Source of the DNA: a virus
Taxonomy: Duplodnaviria; Caudoviricetes
IMG/VR virus record: IMGVR_UViG_3300021164_001199
Coordinates: 1-64,000 of that record
DNA: 64,000 nucleotides
Strand: one strand, 5' to 3'
Every line of letters starts with the position of its first letter. Position 1 is the stretch's first letter. The notes beneath the pieces were generated by a model. The model was not told where the DNA came from. It did not search any database and saw only the letters and a program-made list of their open reading frames with translations. The position numbers and the translations under genes are program-made. Positions 29,613 through 39,298 of the stretch are shown here, in pieces.

Positions 29613-31112
29613 ATGTATACTCAATATAACATGTTTTATCCAGAACTTCCTAAAGCTCAAGGTGGTACTGAAACAAAAGTTAAAGATGAAGTTGGAGATA
29701 TCATTGAAGTTAATGGTAAAAAATATAAAGTTGTAAGTATTAATGCAACTACAGGTAAACCACAAATTAAACTTTTAGATGAAAAAGAATTAAGATTTGT
29801 ACAATACCAAGATGAAAAATTAAAACCTGCTTCAGAAAAAGGTTGGACTGTTAGAAAAAGTAAAACCCCATATGATCCTTATGGAGCACAAAAATATGAT
29901 CCAAAATCAGGAGGATATACATATAACAATCAACCATTAGATTGGAATGACTTTAAAGAAAGACATAAAGAATTAATTGAAACAGAATTAGGTATACCAT
30001 ATGATCAATGGGAAAAACAAGTAAAATCTCCAAATAAAGCTACCAGAGAAGCAGCTACTTTAAAATTTCAAGAAGGTTATAATAGATGGTATAAAGAAGC
30101 AACTGGAGAAGAATATTTTAGTGGAGACACAGAAAAATTACCATATGGTAAAGATAGTAAACCTGGTATTTATACAACTAGTGCTCCTGGTTTATCTAAA
30201 CCTAAAGTTCCATCTACAATTACAAAAACTGAAGAAGATAAAAATACTGCTCAACAAATTACAGCAGGTAAACAAGGACCTCCAGGAGATATACCAGAAG
30301 TAGGTTGGTTTCCTCAAGATGTTAATAATCTATATGGTGCATTAGCAGATTGGACAGGAACTAAAAAATATATGCCTTGGATGCCACAAGCAGACTTTCA
30401 ATATTATGATCCTACATTTTATGATCCATCTAGAGCATTAGCTAATATTAATGAACAAACTAACATAGGTACTCAAGGATTAAATGCTTATGGAAATGAT
30501 CAAGCTTATGCAGCAGGTTATAATCAAATGCAAGGTAAAGCTGCAGAACAAGCTGCTAATACTTTAGGACAATATGAGAATTTAAATGTTGGAGTAGCTA
30601 ATGATGCTGCTAGATATAATGCTGAAGTAGATACTAAACAAGCATTATACAATGCCCAGAAAACTGGTAACTATTATGATCAAACTACTATAGCAAATCA
30701 ACAGTTTGATAATGCTACTAAACAAAATAGACGTAATACTATTAATGCTTTTAATACAGGTATTACTAATAGAGCTATGGCTAATACTTTAAACTATATG
30801 AATCCTTATGAGTATTTTATAGATCCAGCAACTGGAGGAATTAGATTTAATAAAAACAATGTACCTAGCAATTTAGATGATACATATAAAGCAGATGCTC
30901 AAAGAAGAGAAGAACAATTAGCTAAATTTTTAGGTGATACTAAATGGTCATCCTATGATAATGATGCTAAATTTGAAATCTATGATAGATTATATCCAAG
31001 TGAATTTTCACCAGGTAATTATAGAAAACAAAAAGGATCAATTCCTCAACAAGATGATATGTATATGAGAATGATGCAAATGATGATGGGTTCTGGTGCT
31101 TATCCTGGATAA
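29613..31112 (+). CDS. Putative virion cargo protein, possibly the separated C-terminal part of the preceding cargo protein
   Basis: 499 aa, no Cys, with an Asn/Gln/Ala-rich helical C-half. Begins with ELPKAQGG. Confidence 0.45.
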   Translation: MYTQYNMFYPELPKAQGGTETKVKDEVGDIIEVNGKKYKVVSINATTGKPQIKLLDEKELRFVQYQDEKLKPASEKGWTVRKSKTPYDPYGAQKYDPKSGGYTYNNQPLDWNDFKERHKELIETELGIPYDQWEKQVKSPNKATREAATLKFQEGYNRWYKEATGEEYFSGDTEKLPYGKDSKPGIYTTSAPGLSKPKVPSTITKTEEDKNTAQQITAGKQGPPGDIPEVGWFPQDVNNLYGALADWTGTKKYMPWMPQADFQYYDPTFYDPSRALANINEQTNIGTQGLNAYGNDQAYAAGYNQMQGKAAEQAANTLGQYENLNVGVANDAARYNAEVDTKQALYNAQKTGNYYDQTTIANQQFDNATKQNRRNTINAFNTGITNRAMANTLNYMNPYEYFIDPATGGIRFNKNNVPSNLDDTYKADAQRREEQLAKFLGDTKWSSYDNDAKFEIYDRLYPSEFSPGNYRKQKGSIPQQDDMYMRMMQMMMGSGAYPG

Positions 31113-31120
31113 ACAAATTG

Positions 31121-31151
31121 AATAAACTTTATAAGTTTAATAAACTTTATA
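31121..31151. promoter_or_regulatory. Repeat/palindrome element upstream of the giant-protein operon
   Basis: AATAAACTTTATA direct repeat at 31121-31133 and 31139-31151, overlapping a TAAACTT-tat-AAGTTTA inverted repeat at 31123-31139. Confidence 0.45.
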
Positions 31152-31172
31152 TATTTTTGTATATATTATAAT

Positions 31173-33929
31173 ATGGCTACATACTTACCAGGTGTCACGG
31201 ATGTGATCCCACAGTTTCAACCTTTCACTCCTAATTTTGATTTTTATAATCAAGCTTTACAATTAAAGCATGAACAATATCAACAAGGGTATAAGCAATT
31301 AAGTGGATTATATTCTACAATATTAAATTCTCCACTTACAAGAGATGAAAATATAAGTAGAAGAGATCAATTTTTTAAAAATACTGATAAAGAAATTAAA
31401 AAGATTTCTGGTGTAGACTTATCATTACCACAAAACGTACAAGCAGCTTCACAAATTTTTAAACCATTCTATCAAGATAAACCAATGATGGTAGATATGG
31501 TAGTAACTAAATCTATTGATGATTCAAGAACTGCTCATGAAATATTAAAGAATTGTGTTGGTAAAAATTGTGAAAAATTTGGTGCCTGGGATGAAGGTTT
31601 AAAAGCAGTAGAATATAAAAGAGAAGAATTTAAAAAAACTGGTACAGATGAATCATTAAACTTTGGTAAAGTATCTTATACTCCAAGAGTTAAATATGCT
31701 GAAGATGTATTAAAGTTTTTAAAAGAACAAAAATTTAAAATTACAAGAGAAGTAAATACAGGAAGATATAATGTAACATATGAAAATGGTGACCTATTAG
31801 AGAAACCATTATATAATATGATTAGAACATTATATGAAGATGATAGCAATGTAACAGCAATGTATGATACTAAAGCATATGTTGCTAGAAAAGATTATGC
31901 TAGATCAAATGCTCCATTATTTAATGGATCTGAAGAAGAAGCAGAAAAACAATATTTAACTGAAAGAGCTGATGCTATATCTCAGTCTTTAGATGGTCAA
32001 TTATCTCAAATGGATTTAGAATTAAATTCTTCTAAAGCTAAATTGAAATTACTTGAATCTAAGATTAAAAGTACTGGTATTTCAATGGATAGTAAAGATG
32101 CTCAACAATATAGATACTTAAGTCAAGTAGTACCAGTATTAGAAAAAGGTAGAAACAATCTAGTAAGAAATAAAGAATATTTTACTGATCTTGGTTCTGT
32201 TGATATTAAAACTCTTAGAGGTAGAGTAGATGGTCTTGTAGCAAATGAATATTTTGATAATGATGTTAGAGATATTGCTCATAATTATGCTGATGCAACA
32301 AGTTCAGTTACATTAAAAGCAGATCCATTTGCAGTAGAAGAATTTAGTTCAGCACTTACATTACGTAATCAACAAGCAATGGCTGCACTTAATTTTAAGT
32401 ATGATATTGCTAAACTAGATTATAAAGATCAGTTAGAAAGAAAACAAACTGCTGATCTATTAGGTGCTGGTGAAAAACTTAATGTCACTACTGGAAATCT
32501 TAGTGATGATAATATGAGTAAAGAAGATTTATATACTACTAACACTAAAACTATTGAATCAGAAACAACTGCGTATATGGATAATATGCGTGATGTATTA
32601 ACAGATGTTTATAATCATTTATATAATGCATCTAAAGATAATAGTGAACAAGGTGATATTGCTAAAAAAGACTTTGCAAAATTATTTCCAGGAGCAAAAC
32701 CAGGTGAAGATAGTTTTAATAAATATTATAGTTGGGCTAGAGGTTATAAAACTTATGAAAATAAATATAACCAAGCATTAACATTAATAAAGGGTAATGA
32801 TTTATATAAAGATTTACTTACTAATAAATCTGCAGCAATAAATAATGCAAATAGACAAAAGTTAACTGTTGATGCTATTGCTAAATTACAAGCTCAAAAT
32901 GTGGGAAAGATAAAAACCTCAATGAAAAATGATATAGAATCTAAATTAGATTCAGATTATATTCCATATGTAGATATATTTTTTACAAAACAAAATGGTA
33001 TACTTTCTAAAGTTGAATTTCAAACTAAATTAGAATCATTAAGTATAGATGCTGAGGACTCTGGTGAAATATATGATGATATGACAGAAGAATACATGAG
33101 ACAGTATTCTGATGGTTCAAGAAATGAAAGTGTTAGGGTAAGACCCTTCTATGGTGAAGTAGTTCAAGATGGTGGTGGTGGAGCTATTGGTATTAAACCA
33201 GTACAACTTGATGCAAATCCTTTAAAGAAACTTAGTGAGAATTATGCAGCTGCACAATCAATATTAAGTGATATTCAGAATTCAGGATTTCAATTAAAAG
33301 AAGGTTCTGCAGCAACAGTAGATATGGTTCAACAATTCATTAGAGACTTTTCTAAAGAGTATGATCCTAAGAAAGAAAATGCTAAAATGCCTTTAGCTAG
33401 TTTTAAATATGAAGGTATATCTGATAAAGAAGGTTTTGCTAAAGTTACCATAACTCCTGATAAACAATGGTTAGAAGATAATATTGTAGGAGCTAAAAAA
33501 GATATTGAATCTGAAGAATTTAATAAACTAACAAAAGGATTTGAATTATATATTCCAAAAGATAAAGCTAATAATGTATTAGAATCTAGAAATAAAACTT
33601 TTGCAGATGTAATATTTGATGCTAATGACAATAAAGTTCAAATTGGAGAAGTAAATGATAGAGCTGGATATGCAACTATAACTAGAGATCCTACTAATAA
33701 TTCATTTTCAGTATTTCAAAAAAATCCAAGATGGAATCCAAATACATTAGAACCAGAACCATTTGAGTACACAACAAATTCTTTACGTGGTGCAGATGCA
33801 GATAGGTTAATGAATGAAATTCAAGCTAGGGTTGAAATGTCTAAACAAACAGTTATGCAAATTGATGCAAGTTTAGAAGCTATAAAAAATAAAACTAAAA
33901 ATCCTCAAGAGATATTAAACGGTAAATAA
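31173..33929 (+). CDS. Large virion/ejection protein (918 aa)
   Basis: N-terminus MATYLPGVTD..PQFQPFTPNFDFY followed by helical/coiled-coil segments. It is the first gene of the tightly coupled giant-gene block. Confidence 0.5.
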   Translation: MATYLPGVTDVIPQFQPFTPNFDFYNQALQLKHEQYQQGYKQLSGLYSTILNSPLTRDENISRRDQFFKNTDKEIKKISGVDLSLPQNVQAASQIFKPFYQDKPMMVDMVVTKSIDDSRTAHEILKNCVGKNCEKFGAWDEGLKAVEYKREEFKKTGTDESLNFGKVSYTPRVKYAEDVLKFLKEQKFKITREVNTGRYNVTYENGDLLEKPLYNMIRTLYEDDSNVTAMYDTKAYVARKDYARSNAPLFNGSEEEAEKQYLTERADAISQSLDGQLSQMDLELNSSKAKLKLLESKIKSTGISMDSKDAQQYRYLSQVVPVLEKGRNNLVRNKEYFTDLGSVDIKTLRGRVDGLVANEYFDNDVRDIAHNYADATSSVTLKADPFAVEEFSSALTLRNQQAMAALNFKYDIAKLDYKDQLERKQTADLLGAGEKLNVTTGNLSDDNMSKEDLYTTNTKTIESETTAYMDNMRDVLTDVYNHLYNASKDNSEQGDIAKKDFAKLFPGAKPGEDSFNKYYSWARGYKTYENKYNQALTLIKGNDLYKDLLTNKSAAINNANRQKLTVDAIAKLQAQNVGKIKTSMKNDIESKLDSDYIPYVDIFFTKQNGILSKVEFQTKLESLSIDAEDSGEIYDDMTEEYMRQYSDGSRNESVRVRPFYGEVVQDGGGGAIGIKPVQLDANPLKKLSENYAAAQSILSDIQNSGFQLKEGSAATVDMVQQFIRDFSKEYDPKKENAKMPLASFKYEGISDKEGFAKVTITPDKQWLEDNIVGAKKDIESEEFNKLTKGFELYIPKDKANNVLESRNKTFADVIFDANDNKVQIGEVNDRAGYATITRDPTNNSFSVFQKNPRWNPNTLEPEPFEYTTNSLRGADADRLMNEIQARVEMSKQTVMQIDASLEAIKNKTKNPQEILNGK

Positions 33930-33931
33930 TA

Positions 33932-36900
33932 ATGGAAGATATCTTCAAAGATTCAAACACAGTTATTACTCCAGAACTAAATGATTTTTATTCTAATTCA
34001 TTTTTAGTAAAAGGTAATCCAGCTGATGAAAATGTATTACCTGCACCACAAGTTGGTGGTGATAATGATGATAAAGCTAATGTTAGATCTTTAATTAATA
34101 AGCTTAATAACATATCTGATTTATCTAAAAATAATATATCTAATCTACAAGCTACTTATACAGATCCATTAAAGGATGCTAAAATGTTTGCTTTTAATCC
34201 TACTTATAAAGGATTAAATTGGGATAGATATAAAAGTCATTCAGCATTTAATGAATTAGGATTTGATCCATTTAGAGATAATGAGAAGTTTTATAATGAT
34301 AATACTTCTATCTATTCTGATATTACTAGAGGTATTCAAGGTTTTGGTAAAATAACTGCTAGTGCCTTTATGAATACTGCAGCAGATTTACCAAGATTAT
34401 TAACAGGTAATTGGGATCCTAATACAGAAGCAGCAAAAGAAACAGAAAGAATTATGGCTGAGACAATGTCCACTAGAGGAACATTTGGTTCAAGTGTAAT
34501 TAACTTTGGTATCAATGCTGGTTTTACTGTAGGTATTATAGGTGAATTAATAGCAGAAGAAATGATACTTGGTTTAGCTGGTTTAGCTGGTGCACCAGAA
34601 ACTGGTGGTGCTTCATTAGGAGCAGCTGGTTATTTAATGGCAGTTAGAGCAGGATTAGCAGGTAGTAAAATTGCAGGACTTGGAAAAACAACAGGAGCAT
34701 TATTAAAGACTATTAAAAATTTAGATAATGCTGTAGATGCAAAAAAATACTTCAATCAATTTGGAAGAGGGGCTGCTGAATTTTTAAACCCATTACAAGC
34801 AACTACTGACTTAGCTAAGAATTTTAAAAACTTAAATGGACTAGGACAAACAGCTAGAGCTGCTAAAAGCTTTGGTGCCTTTTTTAAAGATATAAGAGAT
34901 ATTAATAGATCTTTTTCTGAAGCTAAACTAGAAGGTGGGTTTGTTCAAAATGCAATGTTTGAAAAACTTTTAAATGAAGCTTATGCAAATGGTAAAACAC
35001 CAACACCAGAAGAAATAGATAAAATTAAAGAAGCTTCATTACATGCTGGTTATGTGAATCAAATGGTAAACTTTCCAGTTATACATTATACTAACAATAT
35101 TGCATTTGGAAATTTAGTTAAACCACTTAATAGATTAATTGGATCTACAGAAGACTCAATTAAAATATTAAATAAGACTATAACTGCAGACATAACTAGA
35201 AAAAAAGTATTTCAAGAATTAGCAGGAGGTTGGAAAGAGTCACTTAAAAGAGGTTTTAATCCTAAACTAATGGCTAAGAATAGTCTTAACTATTTTTCAG
35301 CAAACTTAGCAGAAGGTTTACAAGAATCATTTCAGGAAGCATCAGCAATTGCTATAGAAGATTATTATACTAAACAGTTTATTAATGAGAATAGTATAGT
35401 AAGAAATCAATATGAATTAAGCATACTTGATAGTTATGGTAAAGGTATTGGTGAACAATTTAGTGCTCAAGGTGCTGAGACTTTCTTAAGTGGTTTCCTA
35501 ATGGGAGGACTGATGGGTAGAGGTGGTAAGATAGCTAGAAAAATAGGTACTGGATTAAATGAAAGTTCAAATAAAGTAAAAGACTTATTTTATTCTAAAA
35601 CTGATCCAGAAAAATATAAAGAAATTAAAGAAAAAAGAGAAATAGCAAAAGCAGAAAAAGAAGCTAAGATTAAAAAATATGATGAGTTTAGAACTAATCT
35701 TATTAATAGTCTAAATGATTTTTATGAAGATGCTGGTAAAATGTTCTCTCGTGATTTAGCACATATGTCAGCTCAAGAAATACTTGATGCTAAAGCTAAA
35801 CAAGCACAAGAAACTGGTGATGATAAATTCTTAATTGATTTTACAGATGCATCATTATTTGAAAGTGTAAGTAATGCTTTATACTTTGGTAAGTTTGATT
35901 TATATCTAGAACACTTAGATAAAATTAAATCATTAGATGATCAAGGTTTAATGGAAGCTATGGGTATTGATGATGCTCAAGCTGGTAGACAAAGATTAGA
36001 AGTATCTATTGAAAGAGCAAAAGAAATTAAAAGTAGATCAAAGAAGTTCTCAGAAAACCCTTATAAATATAATGATTATAAAGAGGGCACAGATGAGTAC
36101 AATGAAATGGTTTTAATGCATAATGCTTTTGAAGATGCTAAACAATCAGCAATATTTACCCCATATCAATTTGATAGGGTACTATCAAGAATGAATTCAA
36201 TTGCTGAATCATTTTCTAGTATTGATTTAGTAGCTAATGGTAATGCAACTGAATTCCTACATCTATTTGGTGTAGATAATATTCTTAATGAGGTAGAAAT
36301 TTTAGATAATGAAATACAATCATTAAAAGATGGTACCAGAGAGAATGAAGCATTAGCTAGAAGAAAAGAAAAACAAATTAAAGATTTAGCTGAAGTACGT
36401 GATGCAATAATTGCTCATAGAGCTTATTTTAAAGCATTAAAAGAAACTGATACAGTTGATACTTCATATGAGAAAAATCTTAAAAATGCTTTTATAAAAT
36501 ACTTAGGGTCTTATGGTGAAAATAAAAGTAGAATATTAAAGTCTGATAAACTTGATGATGCTTTCAAACTATTTCATGATTATTATAGATTAAATATAGA
36601 TGCTGAATATCTTAGTAAGAGTGTTGCTATAGTAGCAGATCCCGATTTCTTAAGACAAGAATCTTTAAGAAGATATAATGCATTAAAGAAACAATATACA
36701 AATAGAAAAGAATTAATAAAAAAGAAATGGGATACTTATCTTAGAAAGATAGGATTAAATGGTGTATTCCAAAAGTTATATGAAGCTGGTTTTGCTGGAG
36801 ATCCAGAACAAATGGTTGCATATAACTTATCAGGAGGAAAAACACCTGTAAATCTATTTTATAGAATATCTGACTTTAGTAGAGTAACTGCAGCTGATGT

Positions 36901-39298
36901 AGAAGACATTAAAAAGATTAAAGAGATTTTTGATGAGTATGAAGATATAACTGGTATAACTAAAGCTAAAGAAGAAGCTGCAAAAAAAGCTGCTGAGGCT
37001 GCTGCTAAAAAACTAGAAGAAGAAGCTGAAGCTGCTAGAGTAGCTGCAAAAGAAAAAGCTCTTGATATATATACTCCAGAAACTAAAGCTAAACTAGTAG
37101 CAGACTATGAAAACTATCCAGAGAAAGATACTGAATCTTTTGAAGAGTATTTAGAAACACCTAGAGCAGCAGTTATAATCTATAAGGAAAAACAAAAAGA
37201 ACAACAACTAACTCCTGCTGAATTATTAGGTCAATTTATATCTGGTTTAGCTACAGATCAAGGATTAAAAATAATAGAAGCTAGTTTACTCAAATCAGGT
37301 AAATTTATTATTTCTAATATATCTAGAGCTACTTCAGAACAAAGACAAAAAATAGATTCAGATATAGAAAAACTTAGAAATAAATATACTGAAAAGAATA
37401 TTGTAACTAGAATAGAAAATGGTAATCTTATTATTGAAGTAGATATAAGACCAACACCTATTAATATAAATGAACCAACTCCAAAAACATTTCAAGAATT
37501 AAAAAGTGAAATAGAAAGACTAAGAGCAGAAGAAGAAACTAAGTATGCTGCTATGTCTGATCCTAATGATGCAGTAGCAAGAGCTAAAATTTATGAGGAG
37601 TATAATGTTTTAATAACTCCTTTAATAAAAGAAGCAGAAGCAGACATAAAAGCAAGAAAAGAAAAAGATATAAATTCAATATCAACAGATCCTATTAAGG
37701 AACCTTCTGAGTATAATGCTTATATATCTAAAATCAATGATATATATAATGCAGAACTAGAATCTTTAAAGAAAAAAGAAACACCACAAACTAAAGTACA
37801 ATCTTCTACAATAGAAGGTCAAGTAGGTACTTCTAATTATACTGTAGAAGAAGGATTAATCTTTTATGAAAATGAAGATGGATCTAGAAGACCAGTAGCT
37901 AATCCTGATGGTAGACCTATTTTAGATGTTATTAAATCTGATATAGAAAATAGAAGAAATGAAGAGTTAACAAAATATGATGAAGGAAAATTAACTAATA
38001 CTGAAATAAAAGTTAATAATTATAAAGCTTATATACATTCAACCCCAACAAATGTTATTTTAAAAATAGGAGATAGATATGGAGAAATAATTTTTGAAGG
38101 TTCTGGTATTTATGGGTATAATCTTGAAAAACTTATAAATGCAGAAACAGGGAATACTATAGAGCAACAGCATAATGGAAGAGATGTAATACAATCTAAA
38201 TATAATGAAGAACTAACTGCTTTAGAATCTGAACAACCTAAAAAAGAAGAGCCTGAAGTAAAAGAAGCATTTCCTTTATCTCCACAGTTTGAAGGTAAGA
38301 TAATTTACTTCTCTCCAGGTTTAGGAAAAACTACATTAGTAAATCAGTATCCAGATCAGTTTGTAGATATGGATGTATTACTATATGAAGAATTTAAAGA
38401 TGAACCTGGATTTGAAGATGCAACACCAGAAACTTTTGGTACAGCTATTTCTGCAATTTATAAAAATTTAAAAATTACTGGACAACCTGCTGAGGCATTT
38501 AATGTAATTAAAAATAAACTTTATGATAATGCATTTAAAAAAGCTAAAGAATTAACTAAGCAAGGTAAAACAGTATTAACAGGATCTGGTGCCTTTATTT
38601 CTAAAGCTGATTTTAGTGTAAAAGCTAATGATGAAAAAATATCTAAGGAACAGTTACTGAATAAAAATCCAAATATGGATGAAATAGATCTTTCAGAAGC
38701 TTTAAGTGGTATAAGAAGAAATGAAAATAGAAACAATATATTATTATCTGTTGATAAAGATTCATTCATTCAATTCTTAATGGGTAACTACGATATTCTT
38801 AAATATATCAATGAAGATATAACATTTAAACAACTTGATGAATTAGGTAAATTTATGATGGCTCCATTATCTCCAGAAGTTATGGAAGCTTTTAGTAAAA
38901 AAATGGAATATTTTCAAGCTAGAGAATTATTATTTAGTAGCTTGCAGCCTGGTGACACAGTCATTATATATAATGAAAAAACTGGTAAAAATTATACAAC
39001 TAAAATAATGAATAAAAAAGATGCAAATAGTTATAATTTAGAAATTGTACCTGATGGAAGTTCATATCTAATGCGTAGTAATCTTCCCAACTTAATAAAT
39101 GTCATACCAACACAAGGTACTAGTGAAGGTATTAAAATAGATGAAGTAGATAACTCAGATGCTGAAGATAATAAAACAAAAGTAAATGATGTTGCTACAG
39201 AAACAGAAAGATTAAAAGCTTTATTAAATGAATCATTCAATGATGATGATTTATTTGAAGATGCTGAAGACCCTAATAATTGTAAAATTAAAAAGTAA
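33932..39298 (+). CDS. Giant virion/ejection protein (1788 aa) with a Gly/Ala-rich membrane-like segment and a degenerate P-loop domain
   Basis: Hydrophobic stretch GIIGELIAEEMILGLAGLAGAPETGGASLGAAGYLMAV. IIYFSPGLGKTTL...FVDMD at about 38300-38374. Single Cys at aa 1784. Confidence 0.55.
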   Translation: MEDIFKDSNTVITPELNDFYSNSFLVKGNPADENVLPAPQVGGDNDDKANVRSLINKLNNISDLSKNNISNLQATYTDPLKDAKMFAFNPTYKGLNWDRYKSHSAFNELGFDPFRDNEKFYNDNTSIYSDITRGIQGFGKITASAFMNTAADLPRLLTGNWDPNTEAAKETERIMAETMSTRGTFGSSVINFGINAGFTVGIIGELIAEEMILGLAGLAGAPETGGASLGAAGYLMAVRAGLAGSKIAGLGKTTGALLKTIKNLDNAVDAKKYFNQFGRGAAEFLNPLQATTDLAKNFKNLNGLGQTARAAKSFGAFFKDIRDINRSFSEAKLEGGFVQNAMFEKLLNEAYANGKTPTPEEIDKIKEASLHAGYVNQMVNFPVIHYTNNIAFGNLVKPLNRLIGSTEDSIKILNKTITADITRKKVFQELAGGWKESLKRGFNPKLMAKNSLNYFSANLAEGLQESFQEASAIAIEDYYTKQFINENSIVRNQYELSILDSYGKGIGEQFSAQGAETFLSGFLMGGLMGRGGKIARKIGTGLNESSNKVKDLFYSKTDPEKYKEIKEKREIAKAEKEAKIKKYDEFRTNLINSLNDFYEDAGKMFSRDLAHMSAQEILDAKAKQAQETGDDKFLIDFTDASLFESVSNALYFGKFDLYLEHLDKIKSLDDQGLMEAMGIDDAQAGRQRLEVSIERAKEIKSRSKKFSENPYKYNDYKEGTDEYNEMVLMHNAFEDAKQSAIFTPYQFDRVLSRMNSIAESFSSIDLVANGNATEFLHLFGVDNILNEVEILDNEIQSLKDGTRENEALARRKEKQIKDLAEVRDAIIAHRAYFKALKETDTVDTSYEKNLKNAFIKYLGSYGENKSRILKSDKLDDAFKLFHDYYRLNIDAEYLSKSVAIVADPDFLRQESLRRYNALKKQYTNRKELIKKKWDTYLRKIGLNGVFQKLYEAGFAGDPEQMVAYNLSGGKTPVNLFYRISDFSRVTAADVEDIKKIKEIFDEYEDITGITKAKEEAAKKAAEAAAKKLEEEAEAARVAAKEKALDIYTPETKAKLVADYENYPEKDTESFEEYLETPRAAVIIYKEKQKEQQLTPAELLGQFISGLATDQGLKIIEASLLKSGKFIISNISRATSEQRQKIDSDIEKLRNKYTEKNIVTRIENGNLIIEVDIRPTPININEPTPKTFQELKSEIERLRAEEETKYAAMSDPNDAVARAKIYEEYNVLITPLIKEAEADIKARKEKDINSISTDPIKEPSEYNAYISKINDIYNAELESLKKKETPQTKVQSSTIEGQVGTSNYTVEEGLIFYENEDGSRRPVANPDGRPILDVIKSDIENRRNEELTKYDEGKLTNTEIKVNNYKAYIHSTPTNVILKIGDRYGEIIFEGSGIYGYNLEKLINAETGNTIEQQHNGRDVIQSKYNEELTALESEQPKKEEPEVKEAFPLSPQFEGKIIYFSPGLGKTTLVNQYPDQFVDMDVLLYEEFKDEPGFEDATPETFGTAISAIYKNLKITGQPAEAFNVIKNKLYDNAFKKAKELTKQGKTVLTGSGAFISKADFSVKANDEKISKEQLLNKNPNMDEIDLSEALSGIRRNENRNNILLSVDKDSFIQFLMGNYDILKYINEDITFKQLDELGKFMMAPLSPEVMEAFSKKMEYFQARELLFSSLQPGDTVIIYNEKTGKNYTTKIMNKKDANSYNLEIVPDGSSYLMRSNLPNLINVIPTQGTSEGIKIDEVDNSDAEDNKTKVNDVATETERLKALLNESFNDDDLFEDAEDPNNCKIKK

